Made by a program: the position numbers and the translations under genes | The notes under the pieces: model-generated | What the model was told of the DNA's origin: nothing | The model's input: the letters and a program-made list of their open reading frames with translations, nothing else | Database searches by the model: none | Shown here: in pieces, positions 8,508 through 16,921 of the stretch | Position numbering within the stretch: position 1 is the stretch's first letter | Layout of the letters: each line of letters starts with the position of its first letter | IMG/VR virus record: IMGVR_UViG_3300031420_000498 | DNA from: a virus | DNA: 26,960 nucleotides | Reading direction: 5' to 3' (one strand)

Positions 8508-8567
8508 TGGATCAGATTCCACCGGGGAGCGGCCCTGAGGGCCTCGCTAAGCGACCTGGAAGCATTT

Positions 8568-8771
8568 CTGGAGTCATCATGTGGGTAGAGAGACTTTCGG
8601 CCTCAGGTAGGCGTCTGCTGCGCTTCGATAGAGTAGCTCTACGCCAGCTTCCCGTGGCTCACCTGAGACTCCAGTCCCCGCGCGATTGGAGATCCTCTAG
8701 GAAGGTGCTTAGCATCCGGGATCTTTCAGCTAGAGCGTGTCTCACTCTCTTTCGACCGGCGCGGGCAGTCT
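8568..8771 (+). ncRNA. Candidate structured leader RNA (multi-branch)
   Basis: cccgcgc 8677-83/gcgcggg 8759-65, gatcc/ggatc and ggtgc/gcatc inner stems, ctggagtc 8568-75/gactccag 8667-74, ctcaggt/acctgag. Confidence 0.45.
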
Positions 8772-8784
8772 AAGGAGATTCCCC

Positions 8785-9447
8785 ATGGTATCAGACCACG
8801 CACTCAAGCTCGCTATTCGAGAGCAGATGGATCGCTACAACAGAAGAGCCCTTGGAGCTGGCATTGCTCCATTGAGCTACACACAGGCGCGGGCTCGCTT
8901 CATCGAGAGCATGTATCCCTCTGTGGAAGAGATGACTCCGATCCGACAAGCCCAGGTGGCGGCAGGCATCTCCGTGCTCGAAGCTGGCAGAGACCTCATC
9001 ATCTGCGGTGGGACCGGATCTGGCAAGACAACCATCGCTCAGGCTGTGAGCAATCGCGCCTCCAACGGCCTCTACATCGCCAGCCAGCAGATCGAGTACG
9101 GCAAGGAGCTTCGGAGCTCCCACTACATCCAGTGGAGCGGGGATAAGCGTGAGCGAGTCCTGAACGCTGACAGCGTCTGCATCGATGAGATCAGAGGCAA
9201 TGACGAGCTCGAACCGGCCCGGCTCAGGGATGGTAGGCCGCTCGCTGTGGTCCTTCACGCTATGCACCCAGACGACGCAATCTGGAGGCTTGAGAACATG
9301 GGGCTTCAGAGAGAGTGGAAGAATCCAGCATTCCTTTACTGCCGCTGGGAGGACAGGCTCACGGATGAGGTGAAGCGAGAAATCGCGGAGAAGAAGGCTA
9401 GAGATCAAGCCCGCCTGGATAGCGTTCAGCCGATAGTCAATGGGTAA
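8785..9447 (+). CDS. P-loop NTPase, minimal CpaF/VirB11/PilT-like
   Basis: TAAGGAG RBS; Walker A GGTGSGKT, Walker B VCIDEIRG, and LHAxxPxxAxxRL resembling the His box of secretion ATPases. Confidence 0.7.
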   Translation: MVSDHALKLAIREQMDRYNRRALGAGIAPLSYTQARARFIESMYPSVEEMTPIRQAQVAAGISVLEAGRDLIICGGTGSGKTTIAQAVSNRASNGLYIASQQIEYGKELRSSHYIQWSGDKRERVLNADSVCIDEIRGNDELEPARLRDGRPLAVVLHAMHPDDAIWRLENMGLQREWKNPAFLYCRWEDRLTDEVKREIAEKKARDQARLDSVQPIVNG

Positions 9448-9490
9448 CCGAAGCAGCTAGTTTCGGCCTAAACTATGCAAGGAGTGCACC

Positions 9491-9862
9491 ATGTTCGCCA
9501 GCGAAGAAGACATCACAGAGGCGGCCTTGCAGCGGCCCTATCGGGAGCTCCCCCAGGAGAAACTTGACAGCCTGCTCGAAGCCTTCGAGGATTTCCTCCC
9601 CGCGCTGGAGAGCTACAGCCACTCCACAGAAGAGCTCCTCGCAGAGTTCCCAGAAGAGCATCGCACGGACACTCTCCGCAACACGCTCCAGGCAGATGAG
9701 CCAGAGGTGAGCTTCACGCTCTTTGAGCTCGTCCTCGAAGCGACGATACGCATTCGCAACGGCGGGACATCTGCCTGGGCAGCCTACCAGGGCTGGAGCG
9801 ACAGAGGGCTGTTCTTCGGCTTCGACGGCGAGGACCTCGATCACGGACTCTCGGTGGCCTAG
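9491..9862 (+). CDS. Acidic hypothetical protein
   Basis: AAGGAG RBS; terminator follows. Confidence 0.8.
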   Translation: MFASEEDITEAALQRPYRELPQEKLDSLLEAFEDFLPALESYSHSTEELLAEFPEEHRTDTLRNTLQADEPEVSFTLFELVLEATIRIRNGGTSAWAAYQGWSDRGLFFGFDGEDLDHGLSVA

Positions 9863-9877
9863 CCTAGAGCCCCATGG

Positions 9878-9919
9878 GAAAGGCCCCGGCCGAGCTTGTC
9901 GCTCTGGCCGGGGCCTTTC
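9878..9919. terminator. Bidirectional terminator
   Basis: gaaaggccccggcc / ggccggggcctttc between convergent genes. Confidence 0.85.
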
Positions 9920-9940
9920 GTGCTGTCGCTGGGCCGACGG

Positions 9941-10522
9941 TTAGCCACGCGCTCCCAGCTGAAGGATCTCTCCGGGAGCATCGTAGGCGTCGAGGATCCT
10001 GTCCGGAAGGATGATGGCGTAGCTCACTTCTTCAGCGTCGATGCCGAACTCCCCGAGGTCAAACTCACCCTTCCTGTAGGACTCGACGAGCCTTCGGCTT
10101 TCCTCATCGGGAGAGTCTGCGAACCTCGCGTCGGCTAGGGCTAGAGCTCCCAGGAGTAGCCCAGAGTCGAGGAGCTCGATCCGGGTGCGAATCAGCCCAT
10201 TGGCAGTGAGGAATTCCAGGTCTTCCGCTCCGAGCTCCTCGTCGGTCCTGAGAGACACCCCGTGGAAAAAGCCGTTGGAGTAGCCGCTGAGCTGAGCCCT
10301 GTCCATGAGGTCAGTGTAGTAGCTGTGAGTCGCTGCGCTAATCCAGAGCTTGCTCGGGAGCTGGACGAAGCCCTCGCCGGCGGATTCATCTCCCGGGAGG
10401 GGCGGATCGGGCCAGAGTCCGTCTTCGAAGTAGTTGTCTGTCGTGTAGATCAGGTTGTAGACAGCTGGCTCAAGCTCGATTGCGAAGCCGGCCTGGATGA
10501 GTCGTTCTCGTAGATCGTTCAT
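9941..10522 (-). CDS. Acidic hypothetical protein
   Basis: 193-aa ORF; TAGGAT 6 nt before the ATG on the minus strand (leaderless-type start). Confidence 0.8.
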   Translation of the reverse strand: MNDLRERLIQAGFAIELEPAVYNLIYTTDNYFEDGLWPDPPLPGDESAGEGFVQLPSKLWISAATHSYYTDLMDRAQLSGYSNGFFHGVSLRTDEELGAEDLEFLTANGLIRTRIELLDSGLLLGALALADARFADSPDEESRRLVESYRKGEFDLGEFGIDAEEVSYAIILPDRILDAYDAPGEILQLGARG

Positions 10523-10606
10523 GGTCCTATCCTACCGATGATCGGTCAGAATCAGCGGTCCTGTGGGCAGAAAACGCGGTAGGATCGACGCTATAGCATG
10601 GTTGCA

Positions 10607-10635
10607 TTGCGTCCGCAGGAAAGTTCATGTAAGGT
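10607..10635 (+). promoter_or_regulatory. sigmaA-type promoter
   Basis: TTGCGT-N17-TAAGGT. Confidence 0.55.
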
Positions 10636-10696
10636 AGCGCTGACAGTTCTCAACAGTAGACCGGTGTCCACTAGCGCCGGAGCGAAGGATCCCACC

Positions 10697-11356
10697 GTGA
10701 GCGGAGCACTCGTGCTAACCCACGGTCTTCCTGGAGCCGGAAAGTCCTCCCTGGCCGACTTCCTCCAGGCTCGCTTCGGGAACATCGTGAGCATCGCCGA
10801 GCGTGATGAGATTCGCCTCGAGCTCTTCGGAGCCCAGTACTTCATCCTCGATCAGTATCTTCCGGTCAACGAGGATCGAGTCACCGAGCTGCAGCATGCC
10901 CGCATCCGAGAGGAGCTCGCTCAGGGTCAGCTCGTCGTCGCCTCTGACACCAACCTCGACCCTCGCCGGATCCGAGAGCTCGTCTCCATCGCTCTAGAGT
11001 TCGACGCTCCGGTCTTCGATCTCCACCTCGACATCTCTCAGGCGGAAGCCAAGGCGCGCAACGAGCATCGAGCCGAAGGTGGAGGCCGGCTGGTTCCTCA
11101 GGATGTGATCGATGACATGGCCGTCTACGGCTACTCGGGCGAGCGCATTCGCCACTTCTCGGTGCGCTTCGATCCTACGCTCCCCGAGGGCTTCGAGGTG
11201 CTCATTCGGGACCGCCGGAAAAACGACCTGGAGCTCCTCCAGGAGATCGCCGTCCTCGACAGATTCCTCGAATCCTACGACCGGCTGACTCCAGGACTGT
11301 CTCTAGGCTCGAACGCCTCCACCATGCTCCCTTCCGAAAGTAGTAGGATCTCGTGA
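10697..11356 (+). CDS. Polynucleotide-kinase-like P-loop kinase (AAA_33 / T4 Pnk kinase domain type)
   Basis: GTG after GAAGGA; GLPGAGKS, RDEIR, VVASDTNL, RNxxR...RLVPQDVI lid. Confidence 0.8.
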   Translation: MSGALVLTHGLPGAGKSSLADFLQARFGNIVSIAERDEIRLELFGAQYFILDQYLPVNEDRVTELQHARIREELAQGQLVVASDTNLDPRRIRELVSIALEFDAPVFDLHLDISQAEAKARNEHRAEGGGRLVPQDVIDDMAVYGYSGERIRHFSVRFDPTLPEGFEVLIRDRRKNDLELLQEIAVLDRFLESYDRLTPGLSLGSNASTMLPSESSRIS

Positions 11357-11844
11357 ACTTCATTCCTCAGACATCGCCGAGCCTCACTGTCATGTGGGTG
11401 GCAATCGTGGTCCTCGTAGCGGCGCTGACCACCTTGATCCTCGCCAACAGGCCCAATCCCAAGCGCCGCTTCGAGCGCCAGAGTATCGCCAGCATCGTTC
11501 TCAGCGCTATCAGCGGAGTACTCATCACCGCATCCGGTGCTAGCGCCCTTGCCTTCGGCCTCCCGGATGCACAGCTTCAGCAACTGCGCTTCGGAGAGCA
11601 GGTGCAGGCTCGCTACGGCGTGATGCTCGATCTCGAACAGGCGAAGGCTCTCAAGTACCCCTGGAAAAAGCCCGACAGAGGGTTGCAGACCTACGGCACC
11701 ACGACCCTGGAGACGAAGGTCGAGGGAGATCTCTACCGGAAGCAGAAGGTGCAGCTCATCTCCGAGGACGGCAAGTTTAAGCTCGCTCACTACGAGGAAG
11801 ACAAGGGCTTCGAAGAGCTCCCCAGGAAGGACGCGGACCGATGA
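11353..11844 (+). CDS. 2-TM membrane protein, paralog family C (copy 1)
   Basis: Two hydrophobic helices then YGVML...LKYP...YG...DGKFKL. Confidence 0.85.
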   Translation: MNFIPQTSPSLTVMWVAIVVLVAALTTLILANRPNPKRRFERQSIASIVLSAISGVLITASGASALAFGLPDAQLQQLRFGEQVQARYGVMLDLEQAKALKYPWKKPDRGLQTYGTTTLETKVEGDLYRKQKVQLISEDGKFKLAHYEEDKGFEELPRKDADR

Positions 11845-12356
11845 ACTACCTACCCGTCAAGAGCTTCGACTTCGAGAATCCGTTCGTTACGGTTTCTGGC
11901 ATTGTCATGCTTTCCGCCCTCGTCCTGCTGGTGATCTTCCTCTGGCTGTTCAGCCGTGCGGAAGATAGGAAGCAAGAGCGAGCTGCCAGTGTGTTCTTTC
12001 GGTTGGCGGCTGTCGTAGGAGGCACAGCCGCTCTGTCGATGATCTTCGGAGCAGTGGCCATCGGCTACAGCTTCCTGGGCTTCGACAGGCTCAACGAGCG
12101 CAATCACATGGTCCAGGCGCAGATCGAGAAGGACTACGATCTCAAGCTCAGCCGCATGGAGTTCCACGACCTGAACTACCCGGAGCTCAAGCCTCAGGAG
12201 GACTTCGCTGTCTACGGCTCGATCCAGAAGGATCTAGAGATCGACGGGGCTTCCTATAGGAGCGCGAAGCTCTCCCTGGTTTGGTCGGAGGGCAAGTTCT
12301 ACCTCTCCGAGTCCACCAACGGCGAGGATTTCCAGCCCCTGAGCGCCAAGCGCTGA
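11841..12356 (+). CDS. 2-TM membrane protein, paralog family C (copy 2)
   Basis: YDLKL...LNYP...YGS...LVWSEGKFYL; ATGA overlap. Confidence 0.85.
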   Translation: MNYLPVKSFDFENPFVTVSGIVMLSALVLLVIFLWLFSRAEDRKQERAASVFFRLAAVVGGTAALSMIFGAVAIGYSFLGFDRLNERNHMVQAQIEKDYDLKLSRMEFHDLNYPELKPQEDFAVYGSIQKDLEIDGASYRSAKLSLVWSEGKFYLSESTNGEDFQPLSAKR

Positions 12357-12404
12357 TCCAGTTATCGAAACATTTATACAGCATTCTAGCATTGGATATA
12401 TGAA

Positions 12405-12899
12405 ATGAACTACATCGAACGAATCGGTGTCAATGTTCCCCTAGGTCTGGCCTTCTTTGGCCTGGCGGCCATTGCACTGGTCGCCCTGGTGGTGTTCATT
12501 CTAGTCGAGAACAGGCGAACCAAGGGTGACTGGTCTGGCAGGAGCTTCGTCGTGTTCTGCGCCCTCGCCATCGCTTTTGTTGGCAGTGTCGGGACCAGCT
12601 TGTGCCTCATTACTCCGACCACCTACGCGGCCCGCGACAAGCAGGAGGCAGCTATCCGAGAGCAGGTTAAGGATACCTACGGAGTCACGCTCCGGGATGA
12701 TCAGTTCGAGAAGCTCAAATACCCTGAAGATCGACCCAAGGGTGGCACCCAGTCCTTCGGTTCCTTCGAGCAGACCTCCATGGTGGGTGATGGCAAGTTC
12801 CTCAAGCGTGAGATCTCCCTAGTCTGGGTGGACGGGAAGCTGGTACTCGCCGAGTCCGCTGACGGAGAGAACTTCGCTCCCCTGAAGGTCAAGGGCTGA
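12405..12899 (+). CDS. 2-TM membrane protein, paralog family C (copy 3)
   Basis: YGVTL...QFEKLKYP...FGS...LVWVDGKLVL. Confidence 0.85.
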   Translation: MNYIERIGVNVPLGLAFFGLAAIALVALVVFILVENRRTKGDWSGRSFVVFCALAIAFVGSVGTSLCLITPTTYAARDKQEAAIREQVKDTYGVTLRDDQFEKLKYPEDRPKGGTQSFGSFEQTSMVGDGKFLKREISLVWVDGKLVLAESADGENFAPLKVKG

Positions 12900-12970
12900 C
12901 CCTTACTGAACCAGAAACCCAGCGACGCCTGACCAGTGACAGATCTTTGGGAATGATGTAGGATGATCCC

Positions 12971-13222
12971 ATGAGCATGGACAGGGTGATCGCAGCTACG
13001 GCTGAGCTAGAGGGGCAGGCTCTCTTGAGTCCCCTGGGAAGCTATCTTGTTCTAGCCTTGGGCATCGTGCTCATCATCGGAAGCCTCATGGCCCTCAAGG
13101 CTCCCCGGACACCCGTTGGCCGTCGCACGAAGTTCCTTGCCTCTGCTTTCCTTGTCCTTGGACTGGTCGTATCTCTCGGAGGTATCATGGCCGGAACCAC
13201 AGGCTCGATCTTCGCCCGCTAA
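12971..13222 (+). CDS. Small 2-TM membrane protein
   Basis: TAGGAT 6 nt before the ATG; LGIVLIIGSL resembles TM1 of the next gene. Confidence 0.75.
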   Translation: MSMDRVIAATAELEGQALLSPLGSYLVLALGIVLIIGSLMALKAPRTPVGRRTKFLASAFLVLGLVVSLGGIMAGTTGSIFAR

Positions 13223-13274
13223 CCACACCTGCTTCGGCTGGTCATCTCAAACTCTACAGACAGGAAGCAACCCC

Positions 13275-13724
13275 ATGGACTTCATTGCCTACGAACCCAG
13301 TGCCATCGGCTACTTGGCCCTTGGAGGTCTCGTCCTCGGTTTCGTACTCATCATCGGTAGCCTGTTCTTTGACATGGCCGGTCCGGTAACCGTCCTCGGT
13401 TTCGTACTCATCATCATCTCGGTCATCGGCGGGATCTTCCTTCCCGATGGTACTCAGGGCTGGTCCAAGGATGCGAGAGCTGAGATCAAGGACCACTACA
13501 GAGTGACGCTCTCGGAGAGGCAGTTCGACAAGCTCAAGTACCCGAAACAGAGGGAAGAGCCCGAGGGGAACTTCGAGCAGTACGGTTCGGTCACCGTGGT
13601 GAAGCCAGATGGAGAAAAGGGCTTCGAGAAGACTGAGGTCTACCTCCTCTGGAGCGACGGCGAGATGGTGCTTGCCTCTCCCGATGAGCAGAAGAAGCTC
13701 CAGCCCCTGAAGTCAAGAGACTGA
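13275..13724 (+). CDS. 2-TM membrane protein, paralog family C (copy 4)
   Basis: AGGAAG RBS; YRVTL...QFDKLKYP...YGS...LLWSDGEMVL. Confidence 0.85.
   Translation: MDFIAYEPSAIGYLALGGLVLGFVLIIGSLFFDMAGPVTVLGFVLIIISVIGGIFLPDGTQGWSKDARAEIKDHYRVTLSERQFDKLKYPKQREEPEGNFEQYGSVTVVKPDGEKGFEKTEVYLLWSDGEMVLASPDEQKKLQPLKSRD
13331..13415 (+). repeat. 25-bp perfect direct repeat, 60-nt period
   Basis: cgtcctcggtttcgtactcatcatc at 13331-13355 and 13391-13415 (VLGFVLII twice). Confidence 0.95.
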
Positions 13725-13732
13725 GATAGAGC

Positions 13733-13924
13733 GTGAGCGCAATGGGTAAGAACACAGCTAAGAGGCAAGCACCTCAATTCCGAGGCGAGCCCGACCTGGA
13801 GACCCTCCGGGAGGTCATTCGCTACATCGACAAGACGACTGCGGTTACCTGGACTGGCCAGGGAGGCGTCAAGGAGCGCCTCGAGGCCGTTCTTCGGGAA
13901 CATGACACGGATGAGAAGTCCTAG
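13733..13924 (+). CDS. Small hypothetical protein
   Basis: Fills the gap in the operon; start may be ATG 13742. Confidence 0.65.
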   Translation: MSAMGKNTAKRQAPQFRGEPDLETLREVIRYIDKTTAVTWTGQGGVKERLEAVLREHDTDEKS

Positions 13925-13948
13925 GGCCTTAGAAGGGCAGGTAGTCGA

Positions 13949-14284
13949 ATGATCGCAGTGTACCTTATGGCTGTTCTCGGCGGGGCCGGAGCTCTGGGGC
14001 TGATAGCGAGCTTCATCAGAGGGAGCTCCTCAACCGATCGGTTCGAGGGCTACCTCAGAGAGATCGAAAGAAACCATAGACAGCAGCTCCCACCAGCGTC
14101 GGAGCCTAAGGCTGCTGCAACCGAGCTCCCCGCAGAGGAGCCATCAGGGCTCAAGTCGAGACTCCAGGGCGCGCTTCACTCACTGAATCAGCCGGGCATG
14201 GGAGATCCCTCGAGTGATTCGGTATCAGAGCCAAAGAGACCTACCGACCAGAACACCACTCCCAGAGACGGAACTGACCGATGA
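13949..14284 (+). CDS. Membrane-anchored hypothetical protein
   Basis: N-terminal hydrophobic helix, low-complexity tail. Confidence 0.7.
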   Translation: MIAVYLMAVLGGAGALGLIASFIRGSSSTDRFEGYLREIERNHRQQLPPASEPKAAATELPAEEPSGLKSRLQGALHSLNQPGMGDPSSDSVSEPKRPTDQNTTPRDGTDR

Positions 14285-14862
14285 TCGTAGTCGACGAGAA
14301 GAGCTCAGCAAGGCTCTATCCCGAGGATAAGCGCGCCACGCTCAAATCGAAAGCCCTCCAGAAGGCAGGCTCATCGGCTGTAGCCATTGGAGAAGGCAAG
14401 CGCCGCACTTTAGGTGAGTTCATCGGAGCCCATCTCATCGACATCATCCTGACCACTGCGATCTTTGCGGGCCTTCTTGGCCTTGGAGGATTGGCATTCA
14501 ACGGGATGGCCTACAGCCAGCAGAAGCTGGCCACAACTGTCTACGCTCACAACATCGGAGTCGCCATCGATAATCGGGCCGCTGAGATTCCTGCTGACGC
14601 CAAGGTCTCAGGAAAGCTCAGCGATGTAGAGGGCGGAGCAGTGAGCTTCAAGGATTCCGAGAGCGGCAAGGTCCTCGCTGAGGTCAAGGTGCCCGCAGAC
14701 CATATTCTCGGGTATCCAGTCGGTAGCTTCAAGGTTCACGGTACGGCCGATGCCTACACTGTAGATTTCAGCAATAGCAAGGATCCATCTACAGTCTACC
14801 ATTTGAGCTCCGAGACGGACGAGATCACAAAGACAGAGACCACCGAGAGTACGGGACTCTGA
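14281..14862 (+). CDS. Type IV pilin-like membrane protein
   Basis: Basic leader then G|AHLIDIILTTAIFAGLLGLGG (acidic residue at +5, class III signal-like) and a beta-rich head. Confidence 0.5.
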   Translation: MIVVDEKSSARLYPEDKRATLKSKALQKAGSSAVAIGEGKRRTLGEFIGAHLIDIILTTAIFAGLLGLGGLAFNGMAYSQQKLATTVYAHNIGVAIDNRAAEIPADAKVSGKLSDVEGGAVSFKDSESGKVLAEVKVPADHILGYPVGSFKVHGTADAYTVDFSNSKDPSTVYHLSSETDEITKTETTESTGL

Positions 14863-15021
14863 GATGATCTTGGTCAACGGGGAAAGCTAATCGGTGAGAT
14901 GGTTCTCATCAGCGGCATTGCAGCAATACCACCCCATCATGTTCCTCATCTCCCTGCTTTTCAAGTGATCTCCGATCCTACAAGCTAGCCATCAACCCGC
15001 CACGACCAGAGAGTCCACACC

Positions 15022-15390
15022 ATGAGAACAGTCTACTCCCTCGACAGAGCCGAGCTCCACTCCGAGATGATCGACGGCCTTCGTCGGCTCCCAAAGGAAC
15101 TCTCAGAAGCGTTCACCACAGACACCGTGAAGAATACCTCAAAGCGGATGCAGCCAAAGAACCTCCTCGACAAGACAGCGGACACCAACTACTTCGATGG
15201 TGCCTACCTCACCGATGACGAGGGAACGGTCTACGAGACCCTGAACTTCAACATCCAGAGCGTCTATAAAGTCGACGGCGATCTCTGGATCTCCGGCAAT
15301 GAGTTCCGGATCAACTGGACGAAGTACAGCAATCAGCTCCTGGACCTCGTGGAAGAGGCCTACGGCGTGAAGCTCGAGGGCAGAAGCTGA
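15022..15390 (+). CDS. Hypothetical protein
   Basis: ORF with typical codon usage, coupled to the next gene. Confidence 0.8.
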   Translation: MRTVYSLDRAELHSEMIDGLRRLPKELSEAFTTDTVKNTSKRMQPKNLLDKTADTNYFDGAYLTDDEGTVYETLNFNIQSVYKVDGDLWISGNEFRINWTKYSNQLLDLVEEAYGVKLEGRS

Positions 15391-15836
15391 TGTTCTTCGG
15401 TGGAGGACCCCTTGCCATCATCATCCTGGCGGTCGGCGTTCTCGTTCTGATCGCGGGATTCATCCTCTCGGGAATCAACGAGAAGCGCAAGAGCAGCATC
15501 TACAGCTTCAAGCAGGACTGGCCGGAGAAGAACCTCTCTGAGGGCTCCTACCGGGGCATCGATGGAAAGCTCTTCGAGGATGCTCGTTTCGTCTTCGATT
15601 ACAGCCGCATCGACATTGAGGTCTTCAGAAGCCAGGGGAGCATGTTCCCCGACTCGGATGTGCGAAGGCTCATCGACGGTGCGAACTCCCACCGGTCGGA
15701 GAGGCTGGAGTCGCCTGAAGATGAGCTCATTCGAGCAGTGCGCACCATCGCTCTAGACTGGTGCGTTGCCGTAGAGAGCTACAGGAAGGACCTCGGCCTA
15801 GACTGGCTGCGAAGGCTCGAAGGAGAAAGAGAATAG
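15390..15836 (+). CDS. Membrane-anchored hypothetical protein
   Basis: N-terminal TM; TGATG coupling. Confidence 0.8.
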   Translation: MFFGGGPLAIIILAVGVLVLIAGFILSGINEKRKSSIYSFKQDWPEKNLSEGSYRGIDGKLFEDARFVFDYSRIDIEVFRSQGSMFPDSDVRRLIDGANSHRSERLESPEDELIRAVRTIALDWCVAVESYRKDLGLDWLRRLEGERE

Positions 15837-15888
15837 GGCCTCATGGTACTGTGAGCCCTGGGACACATCAACAGAAGGAGTGAGCCTC

Positions 15889-16467
15889 ATGCTCGACTAC
15901 AACATCCACGAGCGCGTGCTAATCCTCGAGGGAAAGTACGCCGGTCGCTACGGTCTCGTGGAAGCTCCCCACCTCACAGATCCCTACGCTCTCTACATCC
16001 TACCGGATGGAGCTAAGGATGAGCTCCTTCTCTCCGTCTCGCATTTCCTCTCGGTGGACCCCAGGGGTAAGCGAACCGATGTGGCCGAACGGAAGCGCCG
16101 AGAGCTGGAAGCCAGTGGGAAGTACGAGGACTTCCTCTACAGGGACCCCTACGATGAGGCCGTGGTTACAGTGCCTCGGGCGTTCCTAGAGCGCATCCTC
16201 GAGGGAGGCTACACCGAGCAGGATGAGCTCGAAGTGATGGCGCTGCTGGCCCAGGGTGCTCGCCGGGACGGGGTCAAGGAAGCCCCCATCAACCTCGCCC
16301 TCGCGGACACGATCCGCGGTACCCTCGGATCTGCACCTGAGTCCTATGTGCGGGACTACTGCATCGAGGAGCTCGACAAGATCCTCGCTCAGGTAGATGA
16401 GCTAGTCTCAGAGCAAACCGGTTCTAACCACGGCCGAAACACCGAAGTCCAGGAAGAGGGAGAGTAA
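15889..16467 (+). CDS. Hypothetical protein with N-terminal KOW-like motif
   Basis: GAAGGAG RBS; ERVLILEGKYAGRYGLV fits the KOW pattern VxIxxGxxxGxxGxV. Confidence 0.7.
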   Translation: MLDYNIHERVLILEGKYAGRYGLVEAPHLTDPYALYILPDGAKDELLLSVSHFLSVDPRGKRTDVAERKRRELEASGKYEDFLYRDPYDEAVVTVPRAFLERILEGGYTEQDELEVMALLAQGARRDGVKEAPINLALADTIRGTLGSAPESYVRDYCIEELDKILAQVDELVSEQTGSNHGRNTEVQEEGE

Positions 16468-16469
16468 CC

Positions 16470-16841
16470 GTGAGAGAGGGTTACAGCGCATATCTCAACG
16501 CCCTGGAGAATAGCGCACTCAGCCGATCGGACATCCAGGTCTTTGGAGTCTTTGAGGCGTCCACCAAGAAGGAGCTCCAGGCCCTGGTCGATCCCCTGGG
16601 GCTCAAGGTAAAAGGCTTCAAGAGTCTCTCCCAGGTCACCCTCGCAAGCAGGGAGCTTCGAGGGCTACCCGACGCTCCAGCCTACCTGAGGCTCGCGAGG
16701 AGCAATCGAAGCCCAGAGAGCTGGAGGCTCTATCTGATCTGGGCAGGGAAGCGATTTGAGATCGACGGAGAGCTCGACGGGCAGATTCGCAGGATCCTGA
16801 GTTCACCGGGCTCTGAGCTCATCTACTCCAACTCCAGATGA
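16470..16841 (+). CDS. Hypothetical protein
   Basis: GTG start after GGGAG, directly after the previous stop. Confidence 0.7.
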   Translation: MREGYSAYLNALENSALSRSDIQVFGVFEASTKKELQALVDPLGLKVKGFKSLSQVTLASRELRGLPDAPAYLRLARSNRSPESWRLYLIWAGKRFEIDGELDGQIRRILSSPGSELIYSNSR

Positions 16842-16849
16842 TCAGCCGG

Positions 16850-16878
16850 TTGAAGTCCTTCTGAGATTCGTGTAAGGT
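16850..16878 (+). promoter_or_regulatory. sigmaA-type promoter
   Basis: TTGAAG-N17-TAAGGT. Confidence 0.6.
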
Positions 16879-16921
16879 GAGCCTGAACACAGTCTCTTTC
16901 AACACCACAGAAGGAACCACC

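Noticed and set aside
8504-8773. 89-aa ORF in the gap before the ATPase
   Set aside because: Atypical codon usage and Arg/Ser-rich; better explained as structured non-coding sequence, although the GTGA overlap means it is not fully excluded
612-9408. Long minus-strand ORFs (612..1025, 1026..1496, 2181..2954, 3798..4403, 7331..7984, 8791..9408)
   Set aside because: Antisense shadows of well-supported + strand genes, common in GC-rich DNA; no RBS or motifs
14863-14968. Possible frameshifted small membrane-peptide remnant (MVLISGIAAI / IMFLISLLFK)
   Set aside because: Too short to support a pseudogene call without homologs
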